The notes: generated by a model from the letters alone, not told the origin. A stretch of 64,000 bases of DNA from Candidatus Parcubacteria bacterium (GCA_019658995.1 JAIFWN010000003.1:2436-66435); one strand, 5' to 3'; counted from the stretch's first letter, positions 1 through 8,593 are shown. A program made the numbers and translations.

Positions 1-525
1 CTCTTCGGTAATACCCTTTATGCGGGCATTATTGTTCTGAAATTTCCCAGCCTTGAGACTGTAGAGGTGGTAACCGCCAAAACCGAAACCAATTTTCCTT
101 ATATCCCCGGCCTTCTCTCCTTCCGTGAGATACCGGCGCTGCTTAAATGCGTGGAGAAACTTTCAACAAAGCCCGACGTCTTTATGGTAGATGGGCAGGG
201 TATAGCTCACCCAAGGCGCTTGGGAATTGCCTCGCATCTGGGCGTTGAGCTCGGTATACCAACCATCGGTGTAGGGAAGAGCGTTCTCTACGGTAAGACT
301 GAGGGAGAGAGGCTCATAGATCCCAAAAGCTGTGAAATCATCGGTTCGGTTATAAAGACCAAGCCTAGGACAAATCCCCTGATAGTCTCCCCCGGACATC
401 TCATAACTCTCGAGGAATCCGTGGAAATAGTCCGGAATACCTTGAGTGGTTATAAGCTTCCGGAACCTACCAGGAGAGCACACAGCTTGGTAAACGATTT
501 TCGGAAAGGAATTATTAATAGTTAA
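1..525 (+). CDS. nfi: Endonuclease V (deoxyinosine 3' endonuclease), 5'-partial at window edge
   Basis: Frame 1 is open from nt 1. Translation has conserved endonuclease V segments (GQGIAHPRRLGIASHLGVELGIPTIGVGKS). The N-terminus lies upstream of the window. Confidence 0.8.
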   Translation, partial: LFGNTLYAGIIVLKFPSLETVEVVTAKTETNFPYIPGLLSFREIPALLKCVEKLSTKPDVFMVDGQGIAHPRRLGIASHLGVELGIPTIGVGKSVLYGKTEGERLIDPKSCEIIGSVIKTKPRTNPLIVSPGHLITLEESVEIVRNTLSGYKLPEPTRRAHSLVNDFRKGIINS

Positions 526-530
526 AAACC

Positions 531-743
531 ATGGCAGTAGAAATAAACAACAATCCCGGAGGAGGCGGTAATGATGGCGGCGGCAGTGCAATGACCGCTA
601 TCGTGGCTATCCTTGTCATCGTCATTATCGGACTTGCAATCTGGTTCGGTTTCCGCGGCCGCGGAGCATCGACAGACGGAGGGGCGAATATAAACGTCTC
701 CTTACCCGCAGGGAGCGGAGACGCGGGCGGCCCCGCATACTAA
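531..743 (+). CDS. Small Gly-rich membrane protein, hypothetical
   Basis: 70-aa ORF with one strongly hydrophobic helix (AIVAILVIVIIGLAIWFGF) between Gly-rich tails. Followed by a hairpin plus T-run terminator. Confidence 0.4.
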   Translation: MAVEINNNPGGGGNDGGGSAMTAIVAILVIVIIGLAIWFGFRGRGASTDGGANINVSLPAGSGDAGGPAY

Positions 744-746
744 GAC

Positions 747-776
747 AAATCCCGGCTCAGCCGGGATTTTGTTTTG
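747..776 (+). terminator. Rho-independent terminator
   Basis: Hairpin AAATCCCGGCTCAGCCGGGATTT followed by TTGTTTTG. Confidence 0.5.
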
Positions 777-822
777 CAAAAGAGGCTCAAATTAAGTAAC
801 ATTAAAGCCGTTTTCGCAATGT

Positions 823-898
823 GCCAAGATAGCTCAGTTGGTAGAGCACATCCATGGTAAGGATGAGGTCCCCGGTTCGATCCCGGGTCTTGGCTCCA
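823..898 (+). tRNA. tRNA-Thr (anticodon GGT)
   Basis: Cloverleaf read by eye: 7-bp acceptor GCCAAGA/TCTTGGC, D-arm GCTCAGTTGGTAGAGC, anticodon loop ATGGTAA, T-loop GGTTCGATCC, 3' CCA encoded. Confidence 0.85.
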
Positions 899-899
899 G

Positions 900-972
900 G
901 CCACCCTAGCTCAGTTGGTAGAGCACCGCTTTCGTAAAGCGGGGGTCCGCAGTTCGATCCTGCGGGGTGGCT
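900..972 (+). tRNA. tRNA-Thr (anticodon CGT)
   Basis: Acceptor GCCACCC/GGGTGGC, same D-arm as neighbour, anticodon loop TTCGTAA, T-loop AGTTCGATCC. CCA not encoded. Confidence 0.85.
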
Positions 973-979
973 CACGGCT

Positions 980-1858
980 ATGGCTTCCAAAGAAGATATA
1001 CAAAAGAAAATTAATGAGATAGAAGAGCGGATGGCTGCCGCTGACTTTTGGAATGATAAGAATAAGGCCCAGACAGATATCAAAGAGCTGCAGAATCTCA
1101 AAGACGAACTGGAAGGAGTTGGTAAATACGACAAGGGCGGAGCGGTGGTCACGATATTTAGCGGTGCGGGCGGGGACGATGCGGAGGATTTTACCCGCCT
1201 GCTTCTTGAAATGTATTTGAAATACTTCGAGAAGAAGGGATTCAAGGCCACGGTTTTGAATAAGAATGAGAACGACCATGGCGGCTTCCGAAATATTACT
1301 CTCGATGTCGACGGTAAAAACGTTTATGGCACGCTCAAGAACGAATCAGGCGTGCACCGTCTGGTGCGTATCTCGCCATTCGGCTCGCGCGGTATAAGAC
1401 AAACCTCCTTCAGTATGGTCGAGGTCATACCGAAGTTCGAGAAGGCGGATGAGCTTGAGATTCCTCCGGATGAGATCCGTATCGAGCTCTCTCGATCAAG
1501 CGGACCTGGAGGGCAGAATGTGAACAAGCGCGAGACTGCCGTTCGCGCAGTGCATATACCTACCAATTTGGCAGTGCACGTTGAGACGGAGCGCAGTCAG
1601 GCCCAGAACAAGGAGAAGGCACTCGCCATGCTCTCGGCTAAACTCTATAAACTCCGCGATGATGAGAGAAAGGCCAAGGAGAAAGGTATGTATGTATCTA
1701 AGACGACAGCCAATGAATGGGGGAGCCAGATCCGTTCGTATGTCTTGCATCCGTACAAATTAGTGAAGGATCACCGCACTGAATACGAATCTCATGATCC
1801 CGATTCAATCCTTGGCGGCAACCTTGACGAGTTCATAGAGGCCGAGAAAAATCTCTAG
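980..1858 (+). CDS. prfB: Peptide chain release factor 2, short form (292 aa)
   Basis: SPF tripeptide (RISPFGSRG) and GGQ (SGPGGQNVN) motifs, and a conserved C-terminal (WGSQIRSYVLHPY). Uninterrupted ORF starting 8 nt after the tRNA. No upstream frame-0 segment or CUU-UGA frameshift site. Confidence 0.85.
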   Translation: MASKEDIQKKINEIEERMAAADFWNDKNKAQTDIKELQNLKDELEGVGKYDKGGAVVTIFSGAGGDDAEDFTRLLLEMYLKYFEKKGFKATVLNKNENDHGGFRNITLDVDGKNVYGTLKNESGVHRLVRISPFGSRGIRQTSFSMVEVIPKFEKADELEIPPDEIRIELSRSSGPGGQNVNKRETAVRAVHIPTNLAVHVETERSQAQNKEKALAMLSAKLYKLRDDERKAKEKGMYVSKTTANEWGSQIRSYVLHPYKLVKDHRTEYESHDPDSILGGNLDEFIEAEKNL

Positions 1859-1893
1859 CCGAGGTACTTCAAAAATGGTAAAATCAGGAATAT

Positions 1894-2574
1894 ATGATTT
1901 TCTTTGACCGTGTGAGCAAGGTCTATCCCGACGGCTCCGTAGCTCTCCAGAATGTCACCCTGACCATAGAACCCAAGGAATTCGTATCTATCGTTGGCCA
2001 GTCCGGCGCAGGCAAGACCACGCTCCTAAAAATGCTTCTGGCCGAGGAGATTCCTACCGATGGGCAGGTCTTCTTTGAATCCTCGGATGTTCACGATCTG
2101 GGTAAGAACGAGATGAACGAACTTCGCCGCAAAATCGGCATGGTCTTCCAGGACTACAGGCTTATATCAGGGAAGACTGTGTACGAGAACATAGCCTTTA
2201 CCATGGAAGCGGCAGGGAAGACAGATGAAGAGATAGAGCAGGATGTCCCGCACGTCTTAGAGCTGGTGGACCTGTCGAGCAAGATATGGAACTTTCCCAA
2301 GGAGCTCTCCGGCGGCGAAAAGCAGAGAGTGGCCATTGCCAGGGCCTTAGTCAACCAGCCTGACGTCTTGGTGGCCGATGAGCCGACTGGTAACCTGGAT
2401 CCGGTTAATACTTATGACATAGTCCAGATCCTGAAGAGGATCAATGATATAGGCACGACCGTCATCCTCACCACTCACAACAAGGGCATTATAGATTCAC
2501 TCGGTAAGCGGGTTATAGTCATGGAGAAGGGTAAAATCATAAGAGACGACAAACAGGGTAAATATTTTATATAA
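1894..2574 (+). CDS. ftsE: Cell-division ABC ATPase FtsE
   Basis: Walker A GQSGAGKTT, ABC signature LSGGEKQR, Walker B VLVADEPTGNLD. 226 aa and directly upstream of an FtsX-like permease. Confidence 0.85.
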   Translation: MIFFDRVSKVYPDGSVALQNVTLTIEPKEFVSIVGQSGAGKTTLLKMLLAEEIPTDGQVFFESSDVHDLGKNEMNELRRKIGMVFQDYRLISGKTVYENIAFTMEAAGKTDEEIEQDVPHVLELVDLSSKIWNFPKELSGGEKQRVAIARALVNQPDVLVADEPTGNLDPVNTYDIVQILKRINDIGTTVILTTHNKGIIDSLGKRVIVMEKGKIIRDDKQGKYFI

Positions 2575-2583
2575 TCTACCGAC

Positions 2584-3510
2584 ATGTTCTGGACCAATTT
2601 CAAAAGAATATCACGCACCGGATTCATGAACTTCTGGAGAAACGGCACAGTCTCTCTGGCGTCGGTCTTTATGATGATCGTAACGCTTCTCGTCATCGGC
2701 TTCATCATCTTCGGCAGCGCCATACTCAATACCTCTCTCAATGCCCTGAGGCAGAAAGTCGATATAACCGTCACTTTCATCCCTACTGCATCCGAAGGCG
2801 ACATCACAAACATCAAGCGTTCGCTCGAGAACCTTCCGGAGGTCTCGCTGGTTACGTACACTTCACGCTCACAGGCACTGGAGGACTTCAAGAAGCGCCA
2901 TGAGAACGACCAGTCCATATTGACCGCTCTCAATGAACTCAACGAAAACCCACTCGGAGCATCTCTCGATGTCAAAGCCAAAGATCCCTCGCAATACCAA
3001 AGTATTGCCCAGTTCCTTGAGGGCAACAATGCTCTTTCGGCTTCCGGCGTGACTATCATCGACCATGTCAACTATTATCAGAACAAAGTGGCCATAGATA
3101 AGCTCACAGGCATCATCAGGAGCGCCGACAAGCTCGGCCTGGCTATTGCCATAGCTTTCATCCTTCTCTCGATACTTATCGCTTTCAACACCATACGCCT
3201 GACTATATATATCGCACGCGAGGAGATCAGCGTTATGCGCCTGGTCGGAGCCTCTACAGCTTACATACAAGGCCCGTTTGTTACCGTCGGAATTATTTAT
3301 GGTTTGGTGGCAACCGTGCTAGCGCTCATCCTCTTTCTGCCGATTACCTATTGGATAGGGAACGTTACCCAGGACTTCTTCATCGGGATGAATCTATTCT
3401 CGTATTATCTACACAACTTTCTACAGATTGCCGCCATTCTGCTCGGTTCCGGTATAATCATCGGTGCAATATCCTCCTTCTGGGCCATCCGCAGGTATCT
3501 TAAGGTTTAA
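2584..3510 (+). CDS. ftsX: Cell-division permease-like protein FtsX
   Basis: N-terminal TM helix, large periplasmic loop, three C-terminal TM helices (FtsX topology). Gene order ftsE-ftsX. Confidence 0.8.
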   Translation: MFWTNFKRISRTGFMNFWRNGTVSLASVFMMIVTLLVIGFIIFGSAILNTSLNALRQKVDITVTFIPTASEGDITNIKRSLENLPEVSLVTYTSRSQALEDFKKRHENDQSILTALNELNENPLGASLDVKAKDPSQYQSIAQFLEGNNALSASGVTIIDHVNYYQNKVAIDKLTGIIRSADKLGLAIAIAFILLSILIAFNTIRLTIYIAREEISVMRLVGASTAYIQGPFVTVGIIYGLVATVLALILFLPITYWIGNVTQDFFIGMNLFSYYLHNFLQIAAILLGSGIIIGAISSFWAIRRYLKV

Positions 3511-4265
3511 GCCTTAATTTTACTGAAAAGGTAAGAGCCAATACCAAGGAAAGCCAGTGCGATTATCGTCACAATTGCAAAGTCGAGACCGAGTGAGAAG
3601 TGGTTACCGCCGATAAGCAGCCCGCGTATACCATCGACGTAGTAAGTCATGGGGTTGGCATGAACGATATAACCTAGAATCTTCGGCAGACCTTCGATGG
3701 GGAACATCGATCCCGAGAGGAAGAACATCGGCGTGACTATAAACTGCATGACGATAGGAAAGCCCTGCATGTCATCAAGCACTGATGCAATCCCTGTGCC
3801 GAGCGCTGTGAAGAGAAGCGCTCCGATAAACATGAAAAGGAGGGCGAGGAGAAGGTAATGGGTCTCTGGCCTGAAGCCGAAAAACATCGAAATGATGACC
3901 ACTATGACTCCCTGGATTGAAGCGACGGTGGCGCCGCCCAAAGTACGGCCGATCATAGTGTTTATGCGAGAGACCGGGGCGACCATAGTTTCCTTTAGGA
4001 AACCGAACTGCTTGTCCCAGATCACTTCTATGCCGCCGAAGACTGCGGTGAAGAGAACGGACATGGCCACAACTCCAGGAGAGAGAAACTGCAGGTAGTT
4101 GCCTTGCCCTGCCTGTTTGAATATCGATCCGAATCCGTATCCGAGCGCAAGAAGGAAAAAGAGCGGCTGTCCCAAAGTACCGACTATGCGCGAAGGGCTT
4201 CTTAAATATTTTTTGACTTGCCTCTGCCAGAGTATGTAGATTGTCTGCATGTCTTTAATTAACAA
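3507..4265 (-). CDS. ABC-2 type transporter permease
   Basis: Six predicted TM helices. Abuts its partner ABC ATPase, whose stop codon (4266-4268) lies 3' to this gene's start codon on the minus strand. Confidence 0.7.
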   Translation of the reverse strand: MLIKDMQTIYILWQRQVKKYLRSPSRIVGTLGQPLFFLLALGYGFGSIFKQAGQGNYLQFLSPGVVAMSVLFTAVFGGIEVIWDKQFGFLKETMVAPVSRINTMIGRTLGGATVASIQGVIVVIISMFFGFRPETHYLLLALLFMFIGALLFTALGTGIASVLDDMQGFPIVMQFIVTPMFFLSGSMFPIEGLPKILGYIVHANPMTYYVDGIRGLLIGGNHFSLGLDFAIVTIIALAFLGIGSYLFSKIKA

Positions 4266-5057
4266 TTAACGTTTTCCGGTCCACATCTTGGCCATGTTGC
4301 GGAACTCGTTTTCGCCTTCTTCTTCTCGTACCGCATGACCGGTAAGCTTCAGGAAGGCGGCTTCGAGTGAGTCGGTACCTGTCCTGCTCATCAGTTCTTC
4401 CGATGTTCCTATATCGACTATCACTCCATGATCTATGATGGCGATGCGATTAGCCATCTTCTCCGCCTCGTTCATGTAGTGGGTGGTGAGGAAGACTGTG
4501 ATGTTTTCCTTCTGGTTCAGATCCCTTATGTAGTTCCACAGCAAGTTCCTGGTCTGCGGATCGAGGCCGAGAGTCGGCTCGTCGAGGAAGAGTACCTTGG
4601 GGTGATGGAGGAGTCCTCTTGCGATCTCCAGGCGGCGCTTCATTCCGCCGGAGAAGTTTTTCACATAATCACCGCGGCGGTCATGAAGTTCCACGAGCTT
4701 AAGAAGTTCTTCTATGCGCGGACGGTAAACCTCTTTCTTCATCCCATAGAGTACGGCGTGAATCTCCATATTTTCATATGTGGTAAGGTCAGTGTCCAGA
4801 GACGGATCCTGAAATACAATGCCGAAAGACTTTCTTACTTCATCGGGATTATCTTCCGGATCGAAGTTGTTCAGCTTTATCTCGCCATCCGTTTTAGGCA
4901 GGAGAGTAGTCAACATTTTAATGGTTGTGGTCTTTCCTGCGCCGTTAGGGCCGAGAAATGCGAAAATCTCGCCCCTCTCAACATTGAAGGATATATGCTT
5001 CACTACCTCGCGATCGCCGAATTTCTTGCTCAGGTTTTTAACTTCTATGATCATCAA
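4266..5057 (-). CDS. ABC transporter ATP-binding protein (ABC-2 exporter family)
   Basis: Walker A GPNGAGKTTT, signature FSGGMKRRLEIA, Walker B LFLDEPTLGLD. Confidence 0.8.
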   Translation of the reverse strand: MMIIEVKNLSKKFGDREVVKHISFNVERGEIFAFLGPNGAGKTTTIKMLTTLLPKTDGEIKLNNFDPEDNPDEVRKSFGIVFQDPSLDTDLTTYENMEIHAVLYGMKKEVYRPRIEELLKLVELHDRRGDYVKNFSGGMKRRLEIARGLLHHPKVLFLDEPTLGLDPQTRNLLWNYIRDLNQKENITVFLTTHYMNEAEKMANRIAIIDHGVIVDIGTSEELMSRTGTDSLEAAFLKLTGHAVREEEGENEFRNMAKMWTGKR

Positions 5058-5115
5058 TGGGTAGTATATAATACGAGAGTACCCACTTTATCTTACAAGT
5101 AGAGCAAACACAACA

Positions 5116-5592
5116 ATGAGCAGTAAAATAATCGCTTTAATAGCCGTGGCTATAGTAATTATCGGCGGATGGCTTGTTTACAAGCAGAGCGGGGACGGGA
5201 CTAGTCTGGAAAATCCAATCCCGGACGCGGCCCTAAATAACCCTAATCCGAATAACACCGCTTCGGAAAACACATCTACTTCCCCGGATCCGGCTCTCAG
5301 CCAAACTCCGGCAGGCTCTGTAAAAGAGTTTACCGTTACCGGAAGCAGCTTTACCTTCGCGCCTAAGACCATGACGGTAAATAAGGGAGATACGGTCAAG
5401 ATCAACTTCGTAAACTCCGGCGGCAGCCATGACTTCGTAATTGACGAGTTTAATGTGAAGACACCTGTTCTTCAGAGCGGACAGAGCGCTTCGGTAACTT
5501 TTGTAGCGGACAAGGCCGGCGCTTTCGAATATTACTGTTCCGTGGGCACTCACCGCCAGATGGGTATGAAAGGCACGCTTACGGTCAAGTAA
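5116..5592 (+). CDS. Cupredoxin-fold (type-1 blue copper-like) secreted protein
   Basis: N-terminal TM/signal segment, then a beta-sandwich domain with the ligand pattern H (GGSHDF) ... C-x4-H-x2-M (YYCSVGTHRQMGM). Confidence 0.6.
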   Translation: MSSKIIALIAVAIVIIGGWLVYKQSGDGTSLENPIPDAALNNPNPNNTASENTSTSPDPALSQTPAGSVKEFTVTGSSFTFAPKTMTVNKGDTVKINFVNSGGSHDFVIDEFNVKTPVLQSGQSASVTFVADKAGAFEYYCSVGTHRQMGMKGTLTVK

Positions 5593-5594
5593 AA

Positions 5595-5624
5595 GAAAAA
5601 CCCCGCCGAGGCGGGGTTTTTTCT
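5595..5624. terminator. Bidirectional rho-independent terminator
   Basis: AAAAACCCCGCCGAGGCGGGGTTTTTTCTT sits between the convergent cupredoxin gene (+) and the small lmo0937-type gene (-). Confidence 0.6.
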
Positions 5625-5776
5625 TATCTGATAGGGTTCTCTCCTCTGATGAGACGGATGAGAATCATGATGATAGCGATCACAAGAAGCAGGTGGATGA
5701 ACCCGCCCAGAGTGTACGAAGTCACGAGACCCAAGAGCCAGAGGATAAGAAGGATAACAGCTATAGTAACAAGCAT
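5624..5776 (-). CDS. lmo0937-family small membrane protein (50 aa), absent from the ORF track
   Basis: Manual reverse-complement translation gives MLVTIAVILLILWLLGLVTSYTLGGFIHLLLVIAIIMILIRLIRGENPIR. Two TM helices with the GGxIHLLLVIA core typical of lmo0937/DUF5670 proteins. Confidence 0.55.
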   Translation of the reverse strand: MLVTIAVILLILWLLGLVTSYTLGGFIHLLLVIAIIMILIRLIRGENPIR

Positions 5777-5835
5777 GTTTCTATAATGATTAACTTATTT
5801 CGCACACATGAATAGACGCCATCCTCTATCTCTTC

Positions 5836-6414
5836 TTACGCAAGCACCTTATGTGCGAGACCCATCTCTACAGCTTCCGCCGCGGTAAGAATTGTGTTCT
5901 TGCCCATCATCTCGAGGATCATGGCCGGAGTATACCTACCGTTCGTTGCATCTGAGACTACGCATGCATACTGGAAATCCTTGAGATGATCCTCATTGAG
6001 CATGGATTCCATATCCTCGACCGTGTAGCGCTTGTCGCCGCCGAAGGTTCTGCCGGCGAGATGGAGGAGAAGGGTAGTGTTCTTAGTCAGAAATCTTTTC
6101 GAGCCGGAGAGGAAGACGATTATGCCGGACGAGTCTACATCGCCGCTGCCTATGGTGACGAGTTTGGGCTTGAGCCAGGATGTCATCGCGTCATAAAAGC
6201 TCATGCCTATGCCGGTAGTGCCTCCATAAGAGTTAACCATAAGATGTATCTCATCATTTGAATTCTCAATCATAAGACGTTTAACGCCGGCAAGAACCTG
6301 TTCGAGGTTCTGGTAGCTTACCCCGCCGAGCCACTCTAAAGTGCGCCCCGGCTTTGATATAAAAACTGCTGGCTTAGGAGAACTCTTCAATAAAGTGCGT
6401 GTTTGGGATTTCAT
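5836..6414 (-). CDS. ClpP-like serine peptidase (S14 family)
   Basis: Aligns to ClpP across INSPGG (here VNSYGG), Ser (GDVDSSG) and His (TLLLHLA). No clpX or clpA neighbour. Confidence 0.65.
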   Translation of the reverse strand: MKSQTRTLLKSSPKPAVFISKPGRTLEWLGGVSYQNLEQVLAGVKRLMIENSNDEIHLMVNSYGGTTGIGMSFYDAMTSWLKPKLVTIGSGDVDSSGIIVFLSGSKRFLTKNTTLLLHLAGRTFGGDKRYTVEDMESMLNEDHLKDFQYACVVSDATNGRYTPAMILEMMGKNTILTAAEAVEMGLAHKVLA

Positions 6415-6536
6415 TTATATCGACTTATTCATAATTTCACCCCTACATTGTAAATATAATTACACAACATGCAAGCTCATCAGTAAAGGTCAGTTGTGCA
6501 TAAGTGGAGAAGCTGTTGACAGAAAAGTGCACAACG

Positions 6537-6566
6537 AAAATCCCGGCTTCCACCGGGATTTTCAAA
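6537..6566 (-). terminator. Putative terminator of the KGG stress-protein gene
   Basis: On the minus strand AAAATCCCGGTGGAAGCCGGGATTTTCG, hairpin then a short T-run, 20 nt after the stop codon. Confidence 0.4.
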
Positions 6567-6587
6567 AAGGATGCTGAGGATACATTA

Positions 6588-6803
6588 TTACCTGTTGCCC
6601 TCACCACCCTCATTGCCGCCGCTATTGCCACCGCGGCTTGAGCCACCCTTCCTGCCTGCATCGCGGGCTTCTTCGGAGGTGAATTCATGGGCAGTGCCTC
6701 TCTCGTGAGCTGCCTTGCCGCCCTTGCTTGCAATCTCTTTCTGCTTCTGCTCATCCATTCCTGCGAAACCGCGCCCAGTTCTGTTGTCGTTTTGATCAGC
6801 CAT
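6588..6803 (-). CDS. KGG-repeat general stress protein (YciG/GsiB-like)
   Basis: Small hydrophilic protein with repeated KGG motifs (SKGGKAAH, GRKGGSSRGG) and a Gly/Asn-rich tail. Confidence 0.65.
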   Translation of the reverse strand: MADQNDNRTGRGFAGMDEQKQKEIASKGGKAAHERGTAHEFTSEEARDAGRKGGSSRGGNSGGNEGGEGNR

Positions 6804-6920
6804 GTTAGTGAATTATTTATTAAGTGATAGCCGATTATCGGTCTATCGATTGATTAATAATCTCGACCTTGGATATTTAACGACGAGTCATTCTCGAGCA
6901 GTCTTACAATTTTGTGTGGT

Positions 6921-7532
6921 CTAATTTATTTTTTTCGGAGTAAGCGGTATTCTTTTTTCCCTTTTCATCCAAATATAGGCAGCTGTAGCCACTATTACGG
7001 CTCCGATGAGGTTAACAATCATATCGCCCATAGTGTCCGGCAATCCAGTTTCCATCGTCCTGGCACCAGTGAATTTGTCGAAGATGAATTCGGCGATTTC
7101 CCAGATAGCTCCGATGGTAACCGAAAACATTACTGAAAATATCGCTGAAAAGCCCGAAGAGAGATTCAGCTTGCCTGATCCCTGGTTTAATATGTAAATA
7201 AAGACGAAGCCGAAGAATCCGAGCAGAAAGCCGGAACCGAAATGCAGGACGCCATCCCACCAAGGAAACTCCTCATAAAAATTTTCCAAGCTCCCGAGGA
7301 AAAGAGTTAAGAATATGAAGATAACCGAGGTAATTTCAAGCTCGAATGGAAGATAAATATCCCACCAGCGCTTCAGTATCCCCGGAGAGATCATCAGCAG
7401 GAAAATCAAGGCCGTATATACCGCCGAAGACCACTCTCTTTGCCAGAGGAAGGCCAGAGCGGCGGCTATCATTAGGGTTCGGAGGACGTAGTAGATTCCA
7501 ACAATTATTTTATTGGGTTTATCAGCCTTCAT
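6921..7532 (-). CDS. Integral membrane protein, hypothetical
   Basis: About six TM helices; no family recognised. Confidence 0.5.
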   Translation of the reverse strand: MKADKPNKIIVGIYYVLRTLMIAAALAFLWQREWSSAVYTALIFLLMISPGILKRWWDIYLPFELEITSVIFIFLTLFLGSLENFYEEFPWWDGVLHFGSGFLLGFFGFVFIYILNQGSGKLNLSSGFSAIFSVMFSVTIGAIWEIAEFIFDKFTGARTMETGLPDTMGDMIVNLIGAVIVATAAYIWMKREKRIPLTPKKIN

Positions 7533-8444
7533 CTATATAGAGACGAAGAGAGCCATAAACTTCATCGGATCGATGGAGATTCCACTGATTTTTACCGAGA
7601 TGTGGAGGTGGGGAAATTCGGCGTAGCCGGTCTGACCGCTCTTACCGATGCTCTGTCCCTTGGAAACATTCTGACCCTCTTCAATACTAACTTCCGAAAG
7701 ATGCATATATATGGTCTGAAGTCCAAACCCGTGATCTATGATAATAGTCTTACCGTAATTCCTAAACTCCCGCACGAGTCTCGCCTTACCACTGTTCATG
7801 GCATATACCGGTGTGCCGACAGCGGCACGGAAGTCGGTACCCTTATGGCTAATGGTAGTGTTTACCGTCGAGCGGGTATAGCCGTAGACATCGGTTATTT
7901 CCACCTTCTCCAGTGGAAAGCGGAACGGTCCCGACCACAATAACGCATTTTCCGACGGTACTGAGTTTATGATCGCATTTTCCTCAGCCAAGGTGGCAAT
8001 CAAATTGTTCGCCGCTTCGGGAGTATTGCCGCCGAGACTCTCAGGAATTCCGAGCGGAGCTGTAACTATCTGACGCTTGCTAATAATCAAATTCTTGCGC
8101 AGGGTGCGGCCATCGCTCAGGCTAAGAAACAGGGGATAGACTCCAACCGGCATCTTCAGATCTATACCGATGAGCGCCGTAGGCTTGTCATTGTATGTAA
8201 ATACCCCGAGTGGCTTGCCCTGGAATGTAAGTGATTTAATAGTCGAAGTACCTATGTTTTCGACTACTACTTCTGCCGGATCGCCCTGGAGAATTGTCTC
8301 CGGCAATATCGAAATCTTAACCTCTTGTATTTCAGTATCGGGCACATTTGGAGCGGTATTCTCTGGCGCTGTTGCGGGTTTGTGCCCCACAGCCAAAGCA
8401 ACAACTATAGCTGTGATTGTGACAATCAGTAAACCTCTCTTCAT
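7533..8444 (-). CDS. M23 family (LytM-type) metallopeptidase, secreted
   Basis: Signal peptide. C-terminal domain with HKGTDF ... D ... HLH (IDHGFGLQTIYMHLS, PHLHISV), the zinc-ligand motifs of peptidase M23. Confidence 0.8.
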   Translation of the reverse strand: MKRGLLIVTITAIVVALAVGHKPATAPENTAPNVPDTEIQEVKISILPETILQGDPAEVVVENIGTSTIKSLTFQGKPLGVFTYNDKPTALIGIDLKMPVGVYPLFLSLSDGRTLRKNLIISKRQIVTAPLGIPESLGGNTPEAANNLIATLAEENAIINSVPSENALLWSGPFRFPLEKVEITDVYGYTRSTVNTTISHKGTDFRAAVGTPVYAMNSGKARLVREFRNYGKTIIIDHGFGLQTIYMHLSEVSIEEGQNVSKGQSIGKSGQTGYAEFPHLHISVKISGISIDPMKFMALFVSI

Positions 8445-8499
8445 ATATACATTGTAACGTTGAAAAGAGGCTTAATTTACGTTATTGTGTCACGGTATT

Positions 8500-8570
8500 T
8501 GCCGATTCGTCTAATGGTAGGACGACCGCCTCTGGAGCGGTTAATTGGGGTTCGAGTCCCTGATCGGCAG
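8500..8570 (+). tRNA. tRNA-Gln (anticodon CTG)
   Basis: U1-A72 acceptor TGCCGAT/ATCGGCA, short D-loop, anticodon stem-loop ACCGC-CTCTGGA-GCGGT, T-loop TTCGAGT. T-stem has two G-U pairs, so confidence is moderate. Confidence 0.6.
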
Positions 8571-8593
8571 CAAACTCGTGGTATCATTATTAT

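Noticed and set aside
900-1000. Hidden upstream exon or programmed +1 frameshift for prfB.
   Set aside because: The tRNA-Thr gene ends 8 nt before the prfB ATG, and no in-frame leader or shifty CUU-UGA context exists; the gene is simply unshifted.
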